Source of the DNA: Parcubacteria group bacterium
Lineage (GTDB): Bacteria; Patescibacteriota; Minisyncoccia; Moranbacterales; UBA2206
NCBI GenBank assembly: GCA_041659505.1
Contig: JBAZYF010000004.1
Coordinates: forward strand, 14,922 to 78,921
Direction: 5' to 3'
DNA: 64,000 bases
Positions 18,681 to 28,537 of the stretch are shown here, piece by piece (within the stretch, counting starts at the first letter, position 1; every line of letters begins with the position of its first letter). The position numbers and the translations under genes were made by a program. Below the pieces are notes generated by a model. It was given only the letters and a program-made list of their open reading frames with translations. It had not been told where the DNA came from and did not search any database.

Positions 18681-19397
18681 TTACCAGCCTTTTTCTTCCA
18701 AGGCTTTTTCAGCCGCATTGCGTTGCGCCTCTTGCTTAGAAAGTCCTTCACCCTTGGCGACCATTTCTTCCCCAACATAGGCACCGACGATAAATTTCTT
18801 GTCATGATCTGGACCAGTTTCTTCCAAGACGCGATAGGACGGCGTCACGCCAGCGCGTTCTTGCGCTTCTTCTTGGAAACGGCTTTTGGCATCAAGGTAT
18901 AGTTTCTTTTCGATGATATTGGGCAACTTGGTCACAACATGTTTCAGGATAAATTTTTTGCAAGCATCATAGCCTTTGGTTTTCTGGTCAAGATAGATCG
19001 CCCCAGTGATTGCTTCAAATGCATTTGCCAGCAGATATTGCCGGGCGCGTCCTTTGTCTTTCGCTTCGCCACGACTCATCATTAAAAATTCCTCCACGCC
19101 GATTTCCGTGGAAATGGTCGCGAGCATCTCGCCATTCACCAAGGCTGCTCGCCAGTTAGTCATTTCCCCTTCCGGATTATTGGGATAATTATTATAGAGA
19201 TATTCCGTCACAACCAGCTCCAAAACTGCATCACCCAAAAATTCCAATCGCTCATTATGCTCCAGTTTATAATCCCGATGCTCGTTCAAATAGGACCGAT
19301 GGGTAACGGCTTGTTGCAAAAGATCCAAATCGTTAAATTTTACCCCGATTTTTTTCGCTAGTTCTTCGATCACGAGAATAGAATTTTCAATTTTCAA
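18681..19397 (-). CDS. rnc: ribonuclease III
   Basis: ERLEFLGDAVLELVVTEYLY RNase III signature plus a C-terminal dsRBD. Confidence 0.93.
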   Translation of the reverse strand: MKIENSILVIEELAKKIGVKFNDLDLLQQAVTHRSYLNEHRDYKLEHNERLEFLGDAVLELVVTEYLYNNYPNNPEGEMTNWRAALVNGEMLATISTEIGVEEFLMMSRGEAKDKGRARQYLLANAFEAITGAIYLDQKTKGYDACKKFILKHVVTKLPNIIEKKLYLDAKSRFQEEAQERAGVTPSYRVLEETGPDHDKKFIVGAYVGEEMVAKGEGLSKQEAQRNAAEKALEEKGW

Positions 19398-19500
19398 TTT
19401 TCAATTTTCATTGAATTTCCAATTTTTTAATTTCCAATTTCAAAATTTATTGAAAATTAGCTAACTGAAAATTGATTGCAAATTGAGAATTGTGAATTGA
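19380..19500. repeat. AT-rich heptamer tandem repeats (CAATTTT x4 and imperfect inverse GAGAATT/GAAAATT copies)
   Basis: Direct reading of the rnc-nusB intergenic region. The two halves are imperfect inverted copies of each other. Confidence 0.6.
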
Positions 19501-19516
19501 GAATTAATATTAAAAA

Positions 19517-20041
19517 TTATTTCTCCTCAACTTTTTTATCACTTTCTTTCTTGATGGTCTTTTTCTTTTTTGTTTGGTCGTCTTTCATCGGCTCGCCCAG
19601 TTCGCGATAAATCGTTCCCAGCACACCATTCACAAACCGTCCGGAAGCGTCTCCACCAAAAGATTTGGCCAGCTCAATCGCTTCGTTGATCGCCACTTTC
19701 GGCGGGACTTCTTCGTAGTTGCCGAAAAGTAATTCGCAAATTCCCAAGCGCAAGATGTTGCGGTCGACCAGCGTCACTTGATCAAGCGGCCATTCGGGAG
19801 CACACTTCTCAATGAGCGGGTCGATTTTATCCTGGTTGTCCAACGTTGTATTGACTAAGGTTTCCACGAACGTACAATCGTCCATTCCAGGCGCAAATTC
19901 CTTAATGTTCTTTCGCATAATCTCACTCATCGCCTCTTTTACTCCACCCTTAAAATCCCACTCATAGAGAGATTGCATCGCTATTGACCTGGATAAGTGC
20001 CGATTTGCCATTCTTGTTTTTATGAAAAAACTAATTCGCAT
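19517..20041 (-). CDS. nusB: transcription antitermination factor NusB (probable start at internal MANRH)
   Basis: [13 protein letters not shown] ... [15 protein letters not shown] ... [27 protein letters not shown] match NusB throughout. Confidence 0.88.
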   Translation of the reverse strand: MRISFFIKTRMANRHLSRSIAMQSLYEWDFKGGVKEAMSEIMRKNIKEFAPGMDDCTFVETLVNTTLDNQDKIDPLIEKCAPEWPLDQVTLVDRNILRLGICELLFGNYEEVPPKVAINEAIELAKSFGGDASGRFVNGVLGTIYRELGEPMKDDQTKKKKTIKKESDKKVEEK

Positions 20042-20071
20042 GTGCGCTTTCGCAGTGCGCTTTTCGCATAC

Positions 20072-20278
20072 TTATTTTTTCTTCGCTTTTCTGGCGAGCT
20101 TTTTGGTCGTATCGACCACTTCTTTGCCTTTATATTGGCCACAATTGCTACAAACCATATGGGCTTCAATCTTGGTCTTGCAATTAGGACATTCTACTAG
20201 ATTTTTTGGGCTAAGTTTATAGAACACTCGAGCTCGGTCTCTGCGGGCCTTAGTATGGCGTTTTCTTGCTACTGGCAT
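20072..20278 (-). CDS. rpmF: 50S ribosomal protein L32
   Basis: MPVARKRHTKARRDRARVFYKLSPKNLVECPNCKTKIEAHMVCSNCGQYKGKEV is the L32 zinc-ribbon pattern. Confidence 0.88.
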   Translation of the reverse strand: MPVARKRHTKARRDRARVFYKLSPKNLVECPNCKTKIEAHMVCSNCGQYKGKEVVDTTKKLARKAKKK

Positions 20279-20400
20279 AGTTTAAATATAATGGTTAATT
20301 TCACCTACGTAATATATCACCAATATTACTATTTGGCAAATACACGCACTGTGGAGACGCCCCGCTGGGGCGTCTTGGCTTGTTGCAATTAATTTTTAGA

Positions 20401-21168
20401 CTATTTTTCCGAAGGCGTAACACTTACGATTGTCACATCATCCACTGGTCGATCGGGTGTTGTCGTTGGGACGTTTTCAATCTTCAATGCAACATCAAGA
20501 CCACTGACGACTGAGCCAAAAACTGTATAATTTGCTGTAAGCGGTGCCGAAGGACTAGCAGTTACGATAAAAAATTGACTGCCATTGGTGTTTGGTCCAG
20601 AGTTGGCCATTGCCAAAGTTCCTTGCGGATAGGTTTCTGTGCCTGCGAGCTCGTCTTTAAATTTATAGCCTGGATCACCTGTTCCCCAGCGATTTTTCAT
20701 TGCAGCATCTTTTGAGAGCGGATCACCGGCTTGGATCATAAACCCTTTGATCACCCGATGAAATTTAGTATTGTCATAGAAATTCGCCTGAGCTAACTGC
20801 AAAAAATTCGTCACCGTGAGTGGTGTCGCTGTGCCATTAAATTTTACTTTAATATCCCCCAAACTCGTCTTGATCGTAGCGAAAGGATATTTCTTGATCA
20901 AATCCGAATTGACCACTGGCGCTGTCGGTGCATTTGTACTCATAGCTTTATCTTCGTTTAATGAATTATTTAACCGCGCATTTTCCGCGTCGGTCGCTTT
21001 GGCAATATCTTCCTTCGCCTTTTTACTGATATCCAACGGCTTAGTTACGGTCCCAGTCAATTGGTCCGCCGCCTTGTCCGCCGCGCTCCCGTCCCCATTG
21101 GAACAGCCAGCTAATATGACTGCCAAAAGCAACACTCCACATAAACCTAAAATTTTCTTTGTTTGCAT
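20401..21168 (-). CDS. ppiB: cyclophilin-type peptidyl-prolyl isomerase, lipoprotein (start at MQTKK; lipobox LAGC)
   Basis: FHRVIKGFMIQAGDP ... GTLAMANSGPNTNGSQFFIV cyclophilin signatures. N-terminal LLAVILAGCSN lipobox. Confidence 0.88.
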   Translation of the reverse strand: MQTKKILGLCGVLLLAVILAGCSNGDGSAADKAADQLTGTVTKPLDISKKAKEDIAKATDAENARLNNSLNEDKAMSTNAPTAPVVNSDLIKKYPFATIKTSLGDIKVKFNGTATPLTVTNFLQLAQANFYDNTKFHRVIKGFMIQAGDPLSKDAAMKNRWGTGDPGYKFKDELAGTETYPQGTLAMANSGPNTNGSQFFIVTASPSAPLTANYTVFGSVVSGLDVALKIENVPTTTPDRPVDDVTIVSVTPSEK

Positions 21169-21198
21169 GAATTTTAAAATTAATTTTTTATCCTGGAA

Positions 21199-21330
21199 CT
21201 TACGTAATCGCCAAAAAGTTGTTCGCACGTTTATTTCTTTTAGCATCCCAGGCTTCCGGTAAACCAGTAAGGGAAAGCCAAATTGAGGAAACCGCGCTTT
21301 CGAGAATAATTTTTTGGTGATTACGTAAGT
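21199..21330. repeat. MITE-like element, copy 2 of 2 (TIR ACTTACGTAATCGCCAAAAA ... TTTTTTGGTGATTACGTAAGT)
   Basis: Core 21221..21307 matches 3556..3652. Flanked by near-perfect 20-bp inverted repeats. Confidence 0.7.
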
Positions 21331-21379
21331 TCTGCACTCTTCTTATTTTAACTTTAATTTTAAAAAATGTCGAGAAGCA

Positions 21380-22252
21380 CTACTTTGTCACAACCACCTC
21401 GCATTTGTTCTTAGTACTCGCGCAATCATAAACCACATCACTCGACACATCTGTTCGCAAAATTTTAACATTCTCGTTTTTCAATCGTTCCAAAACTTCC
21501 GCCGTCGGATGGCCATAACGATTATTTTTCCCCACCGAAATCACGGCTTCACTAGGATGCACAAACTTCAAAAATTGCTCACTTGTAGCTGATTTTGATC
21601 CGTGATGAGCAACTTTCAGTACATCGGAATTGAGCGGTAATTTGGCGCCGACCAATTGACTTTCCATTTCTAGCGGAAAATCTCCCGTAAACAGAAAACT
21701 ATTTTCCCCAAACGTCAGTTTCGCCACGACACTGGCGGAATTTGTATCGTCTTTTTTCAGGCCAGAAATTATGCCATCAGTCGGGCTAAAAATTTCCAGT
21801 TGCGCATCATCATCCAATTTTATTTTCATCCCCCGCCGAGCCTTTTGTTTTTCCACTTTTTTATCCTCCGCCGTTTTTTCCAGAGCCGCAAAAATTTGTG
21901 ACTCACTCTGCGCCCCACTTTCAATCAATTGATCCACAGAATAGTTTTTGAGCACATCAACGAGGCCGGAGATGTGATCCGCGTCCGGATGCGTCGCAAT
22001 CACCACGTCAATCTTGCGATCCCAAAACGGTACATATTCTCCCAGCTTCTCCAAAAGTTTCGTCCCGCTCGGTCCGCCATCAATGAGGATTTGTTTTTCG
22101 CCCTGCGAAATCAAAATGGCGTCACCTTGCCCCACGTCCAAAAACGCTACTTGCAACTTTTGACTCTGCGCGTGAGAAGTCACGCCAAAGAATATCAGAC
22201 CAAAAGCTAAAAGCGCGCTTAGTGAAAAATAGATTAGTTTGCGGTTTGGCAT
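21380..22252 (-). CDS. comEC: ComEC/Rec2-related metallo-beta-lactamase-fold domain protein (C-terminal module of ComEC, as a separate ORF with its own TM/signal segment)
   Basis: VAFLDVGQGDAILI ... IATHPDADHISGL ... VAHHGS motifs of the ComEC MBL domain. Confidence 0.8.
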   Translation of the reverse strand: MPNRKLIYFSLSALLAFGLIFFGVTSHAQSQKLQVAFLDVGQGDAILISQGEKQILIDGGPSGTKLLEKLGEYVPFWDRKIDVVIATHPDADHISGLVDVLKNYSVDQLIESGAQSESQIFAALEKTAEDKKVEKQKARRGMKIKLDDDAQLEIFSPTDGIISGLKKDDTNSASVVAKLTFGENSFLFTGDFPLEMESQLVGAKLPLNSDVLKVAHHGSKSATSEQFLKFVHPSEAVISVGKNNRYGHPTAEVLERLKNENVKILRTDVSSDVVYDCASTKNKCEVVVTK

Positions 22253-22267
22253 AATTCTTTATTTGTC

Positions 22268-23899
22268 CTATGAATTCTCGTCTGAACTGCTATATAGCCG
22301 ATCCCGCACTCGCCCCCTAGTCACAATCTCTTGAGTGGGAGAAAAATATTCCTTACCGGATTCTTTTTTTATGAAATAGATTACGCCCACTAAAATTATA
22401 TACCAAACAAGCATTCCTTGCCACGAGAGCCCGACTGTGAGAGCAGAAAATTTGAGATTGGCGAAATAATTGATTACGAGAATTTCATAGCGCAGTGGCA
22501 AATATGCCAGCCAAGAAAAAAGGATCGCTAGTGGCTGAAAAATGAAACTAATGGCAATCGCCAAAAAACCGATGAGCATCGTGATGGGCAAAATCGGCAG
22601 GACTAAGATATTGGTCACGGGCGAAATGAGCGAGAGGGTTTGAAAGTTGAAAAGAATGATCGGTAAGACAAAAATTTGCGCACTGAGCGACATAAACAAA
22701 ATCTCAGCAATAAAGGGAACGCCGGCCGGATATTTTTTTAATTTTTCACCGAAATATTTATCCATCAACGGATAGAAATAGACGATACCGATCGTAGCTA
22801 GAAACGACAACTGGAATCCGACGTCATAGCGCAGAAGCAGCGGATTCCAGAAAAGCATCACTGCCGCCGAACATAAAATCGCATTGCCCGCATTCGCCAG
22901 CCGTCCATTTTTCATCGCATAGAGCAAAAGCGTTCCCATCACCCCCGCGCGGATCGCCGAGGCGGGAAAGCCAGTCATAAGGATAAAAACCCAAATACCG
23001 ATGAGCGCAAACCAAAACGCTTGCCGCCGCCACAACCCCAAAAAGAATCCCAAAAGCATCAGATATTGCGCCACGATGGTAATATTGTACCCGGAAACCG
23101 CCACAATATGCGTCATGCCAGTGCGCGAAAAATTGGCCTGGATTTCTTTGGACAAATTACCACTTCCGCCGATAATGAGGCCTTCCAAAAGGGCAGCTTC
23201 CGGCGAAGGAATAAGGGCGTAAATATTTTTGCTAAATTTATTTTTCAACATAACCACCGCACTATAAAACCGATTACCCAAATTCTGACCAGTCTTTTCC
23301 AACTGCGGTTTTTGACAAATGTAGAAAATATCTTGCCTGGCCAAATAGGCCCGGTAGTCAAAATCACTGTCCGCCATATTTTTTGGCAACGTAAGCTTAC
23401 ATTGCAAATCCAATTCTTCACCATAGACATATTTCTGATAAGCGCTCTCTTGGATGAGAATGTTGTAATTTATCTCCCCCGCCGTCGCAATATTGCTTTG
23501 GCGTGGCGAAGTTGAAGAAAAAACTAGGTCTTGCTGGTTGTCTTTTATTTTCGGCTCCGCCACGATCATTCCCCTCCTGGAAAAATCCACTTCCTCCGGC
23601 GCAGCTTCAAATGCTGCTATTTTATCAATCCTAATTTGCGTGACAAAAAAACCAGCTGCAAAAAACAAAAGCGCGAGTGTTATGAAAATCGCGTTTTTAT
23701 TTTTGTAACAGACAAAAAAGATGATAACCGCCGAAAGCAAAGCAAGCTGCGCAAAAATCGCAGGAATATAATTCGGATAAAAAAAAGAAGCGCCAAAAAC
23801 GCCCCCAATAAAACTTCCCGACACAGTCAAAAATATTTTCGCTTTGTCCATGAAAATATTATAACAGAAATTATCCAAGCCACTAAAAAGAGCCAGCAT
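22268..23899 (-). CDS. comEC: ComEC/Rec2 competence membrane channel domain protein (DUF4131 + Competence domain; N-terminal module of ComEC)
   Basis: Polytopic protein. FSRTGMTHIVAVSGYNITIV ... ASAIRAGVMGTLLLYA Competence-domain motifs. Ends 15 nt upstream of the MBL ORF. Confidence 0.8.
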   Translation of the reverse strand: MLALFSGLDNFCYNIFMDKAKIFLTVSGSFIGGVFGASFFYPNYIPAIFAQLALLSAVIIFFVCYKNKNAIFITLALLFFAAGFFVTQIRIDKIAAFEAAPEEVDFSRRGMIVAEPKIKDNQQDLVFSSTSPRQSNIATAGEINYNILIQESAYQKYVYGEELDLQCKLTLPKNMADSDFDYRAYLARQDIFYICQKPQLEKTGQNLGNRFYSAVVMLKNKFSKNIYALIPSPEAALLEGLIIGGSGNLSKEIQANFSRTGMTHIVAVSGYNITIVAQYLMLLGFFLGLWRRQAFWFALIGIWVFILMTGFPASAIRAGVMGTLLLYAMKNGRLANAGNAILCSAAVMLFWNPLLLRYDVGFQLSFLATIGIVYFYPLMDKYFGEKLKKYPAGVPFIAEILFMSLSAQIFVLPIILFNFQTLSLISPVTNILVLPILPITMLIGFLAIAISFIFQPLAILFSWLAYLPLRYEILVINYFANLKFSALTVGLSWQGMLVWYIILVGVIYFIKKESGKEYFSPTQEIVTRGRVRDRLYSSSDENS

Positions 23900-23939
23900 A
23901 ATAAATCTATGCTGGCTCCTATTCCTTGTTGAGGAGGAC

Positions 23940-24521
23940 TTAATTTCTCAACATTAACAAGGCAAAATCGCGGAAAACAAAGTAGTCAGAGAGATAGCGC
24001 CAACCCAACTTCACACGGACACTATCTGTATAAAGATACGGAACAAGGTAACCCCTGTTGTCTACAACGACCGACCCCCAGCCAAATACAAATTTTTTGG
24101 CAAAATATTTTCGGAAGAAAACAATGCCTCTGTCCTGAATAGCTTTAAGGTCAACAAGATTGCAGCAAGATTCGAGCATCTTATTTTTTTCCAAATACTT
24201 ATAAATATCATAGCCCCTTGCCGCATCATCCCTCTCCTCATCATAAGCAACAGCTTTGAGCTTGCCCTCCTGTATAGGATGTAGCCAAAGGCTAAGTTTA
24301 GTTACCAGAAAACTTGTCGGTCCTTGCAACTCAAGCTCAGGATTTGCAAGTTTTTTTACAAAATCAGGATATTTTGGCGATACGCTGCGGTTAATGCAGA
24401 TAATTGGATGCTCCATATCCATGATTGCATTACATTTCTTTTCATTAATCATCATAATAACCTCCTTTGTTTCAAATATAGAACGTACAATCAATTGATT
24501 TTCGCTACTCGCTATGGCCAC
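23940..24521 (-). CDS. hypothetical protein
   Basis: ORF only. No recognizable family. Confidence 0.4.
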   Translation of the reverse strand: MAIASSENQLIVRSIFETKEVIMMINEKKCNAIMDMEHPIICINRSVSPKYPDFVKKLANPELELQGPTSFLVTKLSLWLHPIQEGKLKAVAYDEERDDAARGYDIYKYLEKNKMLESCCNLVDLKAIQDRGIVFFRKYFAKKFVFGWGSVVVDNRGYLVPYLYTDSVRVKLGWRYLSDYFVFRDFALLMLRN

Positions 24522-24676
24522 AAAACGACTAAAATAATAATTTCATAGCTATAACGGAGCAATATTCGGTTTTTAATGTTCAACTATTAATACTAGCACA
24601 TTTTTAGGTTTTTGTCAAACCAAAAAACCAAAAAGACCGTAATGAAGCCCTCCATGTATTAAAATAAACCTAAAAA

Positions 24677-24925
24677 CTACTTAACCCCCAGGACATCCAC
24701 CATCTTCCTCTGCGTACTCTTTCCCCCAACAATCGTGATGAAACTTTTAGCCACGCCAAAATGTTCCGCCAAGATTTTAATCAGCGCATCATTCGCTTTA
24801 CCATCCACCGGCGGAGCAGTAAGGCGCACGCGATATTCTCCCTCACTGATTTTCTCCACACTGTTTTGCGAAGAGCGTGGACTGACCTTAAGATATATTC
24901 TCATTGGTTTTTGGGAAGAAAACAT
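24677..24925 (-). CDS. DUF167 (YggU) family protein
   Basis: VDGKANDALIKILAEHFGVAKSFITIVGGKSTQRKMV matches the YggU pattern. Confidence 0.75.
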   Translation of the reverse strand: MFSSQKPMRIYLKVSPRSSQNSVEKISEGEYRVRLTAPPVDGKANDALIKILAEHFGVAKSFITIVGGKSTQRKMVDVLGVK

Positions 24926-25742
24926 TCTTTAACTTCAAAAGCAGACTTACTACCATAAGAATGACGAGTAAAATATTCATTCCCAGAAAAATATCCCGCA
25001 CAATCCCAGTCTTCAAATCAGTTCCCAGGTTGATAGCATGAAAAAAAGCAAAAGCATAAAGCACGATGTTCAAAAAATGCGTGACGCGCCAAACGCGATA
25101 GGACAGATATTTGCGAAAGAATGATGTAAGAATAAGCGCAAGCATTAGATACATCCCAAGCACACCCAGCGTGACTGCTTCCGGATGATAGCTTGATGCG
25201 AACGGCACAAAAATATCCTTGAAGCTAAATTTAAGATATTCATCGCCCAGTAGCACCAAACCGTGGATGAGGGTAAAAAGCAAGGCTTGGACAGAAATCC
25301 AGGCATGAAAATTCAAAGAATTAATTGGTTGAAAAAAATTTTTCAAACCCGGAAAACGAATCGCGATGCCGAAAAAAATTGCTAAATATAAAAGCAAAAA
25401 AGAAACAAGACCGCCGGCTCTGGTGAGATACCACGCCCATTTTTCCGCTGCCGTTTGCGTCGATTCCCGAACGGTTATATTTTGCACCGCGCTCGGGCTA
25501 GTATTATCCAGGGGATTAGTGCCATTCAAAACTTCCGTACCATCCAAAATTCCATCACCATCCGAATCGGCAAGATTAGGATCAGTTTTATAAATCTGCT
25601 TTTCGCCTTCATCGGTCAGGCCGTCCAAATCATTGTCAAGAACTGGATCATTTCCATAATCCACCTTTGACTCTTGCGCCAAGGCCACGCCGAAATGCGT
25701 TCCTAAAATAATTATTGCGATGATGAGGAGTAGTTTTTTCAT
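24888..25742 (-). CDS. membrane protein: signal peptide, Ca-binding DxDxDG repeats, then a ferric-reductase-like (MsrQ/FRD-type) heme-binding TM domain
   Basis: DNDLDGLTDEGE and DSDGDGILDGTE loops. Four conserved His in consecutive TM helices (LIHGLVLL, SYHPEA, RVTHFLNIV, AFFHAINLG). Confidence 0.45.
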   Translation of the reverse strand: MKKLLLIIAIIILGTHFGVALAQESKVDYGNDPVLDNDLDGLTDEGEKQIYKTDPNLADSDGDGILDGTEVLNGTNPLDNTSPSAVQNITVRESTQTAAEKWAWYLTRAGGLVSFLLLYLAIFFGIAIRFPGLKNFFQPINSLNFHAWISVQALLFTLIHGLVLLGDEYLKFSFKDIFVPFASSYHPEAVTLGVLGMYLMLALILTSFFRKYLSYRVWRVTHFLNIVLYAFAFFHAINLGTDLKTGIVRDIFLGMNILLVILMVVSLLLKLKNVFFPKTNENIS

Positions 25743-25758
25743 AAACTATTCTTGCCAG

Positions 25759-26697
25759 TTATACCAAATAAAAATTCCTTTTCATCTCTCCCGAAACCCA
25801 AGCATTACCACGATAATCTAGAAAAATAGCTCTCAAACTATGCTCGAGTGCAAATTTTTTTCCATTCTCTCTGCCTTTAATAAATAATACTTTCGCCCAA
25901 AAATCCGCCTCCACTACTGTCCTAGCCATGACTGTCACTGATTGCAGATCAAAAGAAAAACTTTCCGGAGCTTGCGGATCCACCAAATGATGGAATCTTT
26001 TTTCGCCTCTTTGCCATTTGCGTTTTCCGATCCCTGATGTGGCCACGGCCTCATTTTTCAAAATCAATAATATTTTTTCTTCCGCAATTCCCTCAATATC
26101 AATTTTCCAATCCTCTCCTTTCTTATCCTTGCCCCAGGCTAGCATATCGCCGCCCGAATCAATAAGAAAATTTTTCCACCCGAATTGTTTCAGCATCTCG
26201 CCAGCATTGTCTGTGATATATCCCTTAGCAATTCCCGCAAAATCCATCCGCGCATTGAAAGAAATTTCTTCATCCCAAATGACCAAATCATCCTCCAGTC
26301 TGTGCGCATTAATTTTGGGAATGGCCTTTTCTTCTCTGATTGAAAGCAAATTCTCCACTTGCCCAAAATCCTTCGCATATCCAATTTGTTCTAAAATCGT
26401 AATCACTCGCGGATCAAACAGACCTTCGCTCAAATCATGATAATGTAATATTTTTTTTGCCACAGCGAGAAAATGTGACGAGGCTTTTGAAAATTTTCCC
26501 AAACTGTTATTCAGCTGATTCAGCTCGCTATTTTCCTCAAAACGGCTAAAAATATGCTCAGCCGAAAGATAGAAATCTCGCAGAGCCACCAAATCTTTTT
26601 CTGCCGCTTCCTTTAAGCTCTCATTGCAAACCAGCTGAAAATAGATATCCGTCCCGAGCGCTTTGAATCTTTTTTCCACCACCAGCTGTTTTTCCAT
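25759..26697 (-). CDS. apbE: FAD:protein FMN transferase ApbE (probable start at MEKQLVV)
   Basis: FAGIAKGYITDNAGEMLK ... LIDSGGDMLAWG ... KRFHHLVDPQAPES ApbE motifs. Confidence 0.8.
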   Translation of the reverse strand: MEKQLVVEKRFKALGTDIYFQLVCNESLKEAAEKDLVALRDFYLSAEHIFSRFEENSELNQLNNSLGKFSKASSHFLAVAKKILHYHDLSEGLFDPRVITILEQIGYAKDFGQVENLLSIREEKAIPKINAHRLEDDLVIWDEEISFNARMDFAGIAKGYITDNAGEMLKQFGWKNFLIDSGGDMLAWGKDKKGEDWKIDIEGIAEEKILLILKNEAVATSGIGKRKWQRGEKRFHHLVDPQAPESFSFDLQSVTVMARTVVEADFWAKVLFIKGRENGKKFALEHSLRAIFLDYRGNAWVSGEMKRNFYLV

Positions 26698-26701
26698 TTG
26701 G

Positions 26702-27013
26702 TTATTTTTCAAATTGATCCACAATGCCATTGCCATCGTTATCAGTTACGATATACATTTCCGGAATATTCGGATGCGGGTCATTGGGATCCAGGAGACC
26801 ATCACCATCACTGTCTTTTTGGACAATTGTTTTTGTACTCACATTAGTCGTTACCTCAGTTTTTGTCGAGCCACTGGTTGAAGTTGAGGTGCTTGTTGTT
26901 GGACGATCTTCTTCCTCCTCGTCATCATCTGCCAAGGTCAAATTGACCGTAGCCAAAAAAATAACCAGAAAAAGAAAAATCGCTAGAAATATTTTTGCTT
27001 TTTTTTCGTTCAT
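26702..27013 (-). CDS. small secreted acidic protein with a DSDGDGLLD calcium-binding loop
   Basis: Signal/TM segment, then a D/E-rich S/T-rich linker, then DSDGDGLLDPNDPHP. Same loop type as in 24888..25742. Confidence 0.45.
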   Translation of the reverse strand: MNEKKAKIFLAIFLFLVIFLATVNLTLADDDEEEEDRPTTSTSTSTSGSTKTEVTTNVSTKTIVQKDSDGDGLLDPNDPHPNIPEMYIVTDNDGNGIVDQFEK

Positions 27014-27017
27014 AATT

Positions 27018-27329
27018 TTACGATTTTTTTGTTGTACTACTACTTTTGCTTGGGCTTGGTTTAGTCACTGCGGTGTTGGTTGTTGTCGTTACCTGTTGAG
27101 TTTGCAACGCTTGCGGAGTGCTGTTCAGTTGACGCAACTTATTCTCTCGGTCAGCCGAAATGGCATTTTGCGTATCCAGAATTTTTGCGTCAAGCGGATC
27201 AAGCGTTGCATCTGTGCTCGTCTCCAGTGCCAAATTTTTCTGATCCTGATTTTTAATCACAAAAACTGCGATAATCATCAGTAGGATATTGATCGTAAAG
27301 ACTAAAATTTTAGTAAGATGTTTTTGCAT
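27018..27329 (-). CDS. small membrane-anchored Thr/Ser-rich protein
   Basis: N-terminal TM helix and a low-complexity tail. Confidence 0.35.
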   Translation of the reverse strand: MQKHLTKILVFTINILLMIIAVFVIKNQDQKNLALETSTDATLDPLDAKILDTQNAISADRENKLRQLNSTPQALQTQQVTTTTNTAVTKPSPSKSSSTTKKS

Positions 27330-27340
27330 AAATATTTATC

Positions 27341-27509
27341 TGTCATTCCCGCGAAGGCGGGAATCCAGGTTCCACTAGTTATAAACTCTATAAAATCGAG
27401 ATACAAGTCTTGGTGCCTTCCCGTTTCAGATAGTCTTGAATTTTAATAATTCGTTTTTTCTTAATTTTGAATCTGAGGTGCCTAGATTCCCGCCTTCGCG
27501 GGAATGACA
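27341..27509. repeat. MITE-like palindromic element, TGTCATTCCC family, copy 1 (TIR TGTCATTCCCGCGAAGGCGGGAATCCAGG)
   Basis: Ends are reverse complements of each other. Each end is itself a hairpin ATTCCCGC-GAAG-GCGGGAAT. About 85% identical to 54157..54324. Confidence 0.8.
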
Positions 27510-27580
27510 TGAGCCTGAAACCTCCGCAAAATTATAGCAGAAATCGATATTGCTGGCAATGGTCTGTCCGCAATCCTTTG

Positions 27581-28285
27581 CTAGCGTCTAATTCCCATCT
27601 TCTCAAAATTATCCCCAATTTGCGCTTGGATCTTTTCCAGATTGATTTTCTGGCCTTTCGTCTTTTGCTTCAGATTTTTATCCAAAATCACGTCCTCGCG
27701 ATATTCTTGTAAATAGTAGGCCATAGCGCCTTTTAGCCACTCAGCAATCACCAAAAAATCTTTTTCCCTATGGATACCCGGCACGACCGTCGTACGAAAT
27801 TCATAGGGCAGACGACTATTTTTGATCAACTCAACGCTTAATTTTATCCGCTCCGTGTCCACTTTCACACCGACCGTTTCGCCATATCGTCCAAGCTGAT
27901 TTTTAATATCCATCGCCACAAAATCCAACAGTTTTTCATCTAGCAGTTTTTTCAAAATATCCGGTCGTGCGCCGTTTGTGTCCAGTTTTATGCGAAAACC
28001 CAATGCGCGCACTTTTTGGACAAACTCGATCAAATCCGGTTGCAAAGTTGGCTCACCGCCCGTAATGCAAACTCCTTCCAGTTTGCCGATTCTTTTTTTC
28101 AAAAATGCGAAAAACTCCCGTTCCGTTTTATTCTCCATTCCTGATGTCTTGATACCCGCGCCCAAAACCAATTCCGGATTATGACAAAACGGACACCGAA
28201 AATTACAGCCAACAGTAAAAACGGTGGTTGCCAAGGTTCCGGGAAAATCAATCAAAGTTAATTTTTGATAGCCGCCGATGTTCAT
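27581..28285 (-). CDS. nrdG: anaerobic ribonucleoside-triphosphate reductase activating protein (radical SAM)
   Basis: GCNFRCPFCHN CxxxCxxC cluster and GGEPTLQPD. Sits in the operon with nrdD. Confidence 0.88.
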   Translation of the reverse strand: MNIGGYQKLTLIDFPGTLATTVFTVGCNFRCPFCHNPELVLGAGIKTSGMENKTEREFFAFLKKRIGKLEGVCITGGEPTLQPDLIEFVQKVRALGFRIKLDTNGARPDILKKLLDEKLLDFVAMDIKNQLGRYGETVGVKVDTERIKLSVELIKNSRLPYEFRTTVVPGIHREKDFLVIAEWLKGAMAYYLQEYREDVILDKNLKQKTKGQKINLEKIQAQIGDNFEKMGIRR

Positions 28286-28321
28286 ACTAATAATTTATGT
28301 TAGAAAATTTTGTTTATATCC

Positions 28322-28472
28322 CCTTCGCCCTCCGGGAGAAGGTGGCCGAAGGCCGGATGAGGGAAAGGGCTTAATATTAGGCAAAAGCTAAATTAGCACA
28401 GACTGTTTTTGATTTATAGCCCTTGCCCTAACCTGTCACGTGCTCGTGACATCCTCTCCCGAGGGGCGAGGA
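28322..28472. repeat. palindromic intergenic element (TIR CCTTCGCCCTCCGGGAGAAGG ... CCTCTCCCGAGGGGCGAGGAGG; inner GTCACGTGCTCGTGAC palindrome)
   Basis: The left arm and the reverse complement of the right arm align with few mismatches. Confidence 0.6.
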
Positions 28473-28537
28473 GGAAAATAAATATAATTCAGGGCAATCC
28501 CGAAAAATTCAAGATTGCCCCGCTATCTTTCTATTAT

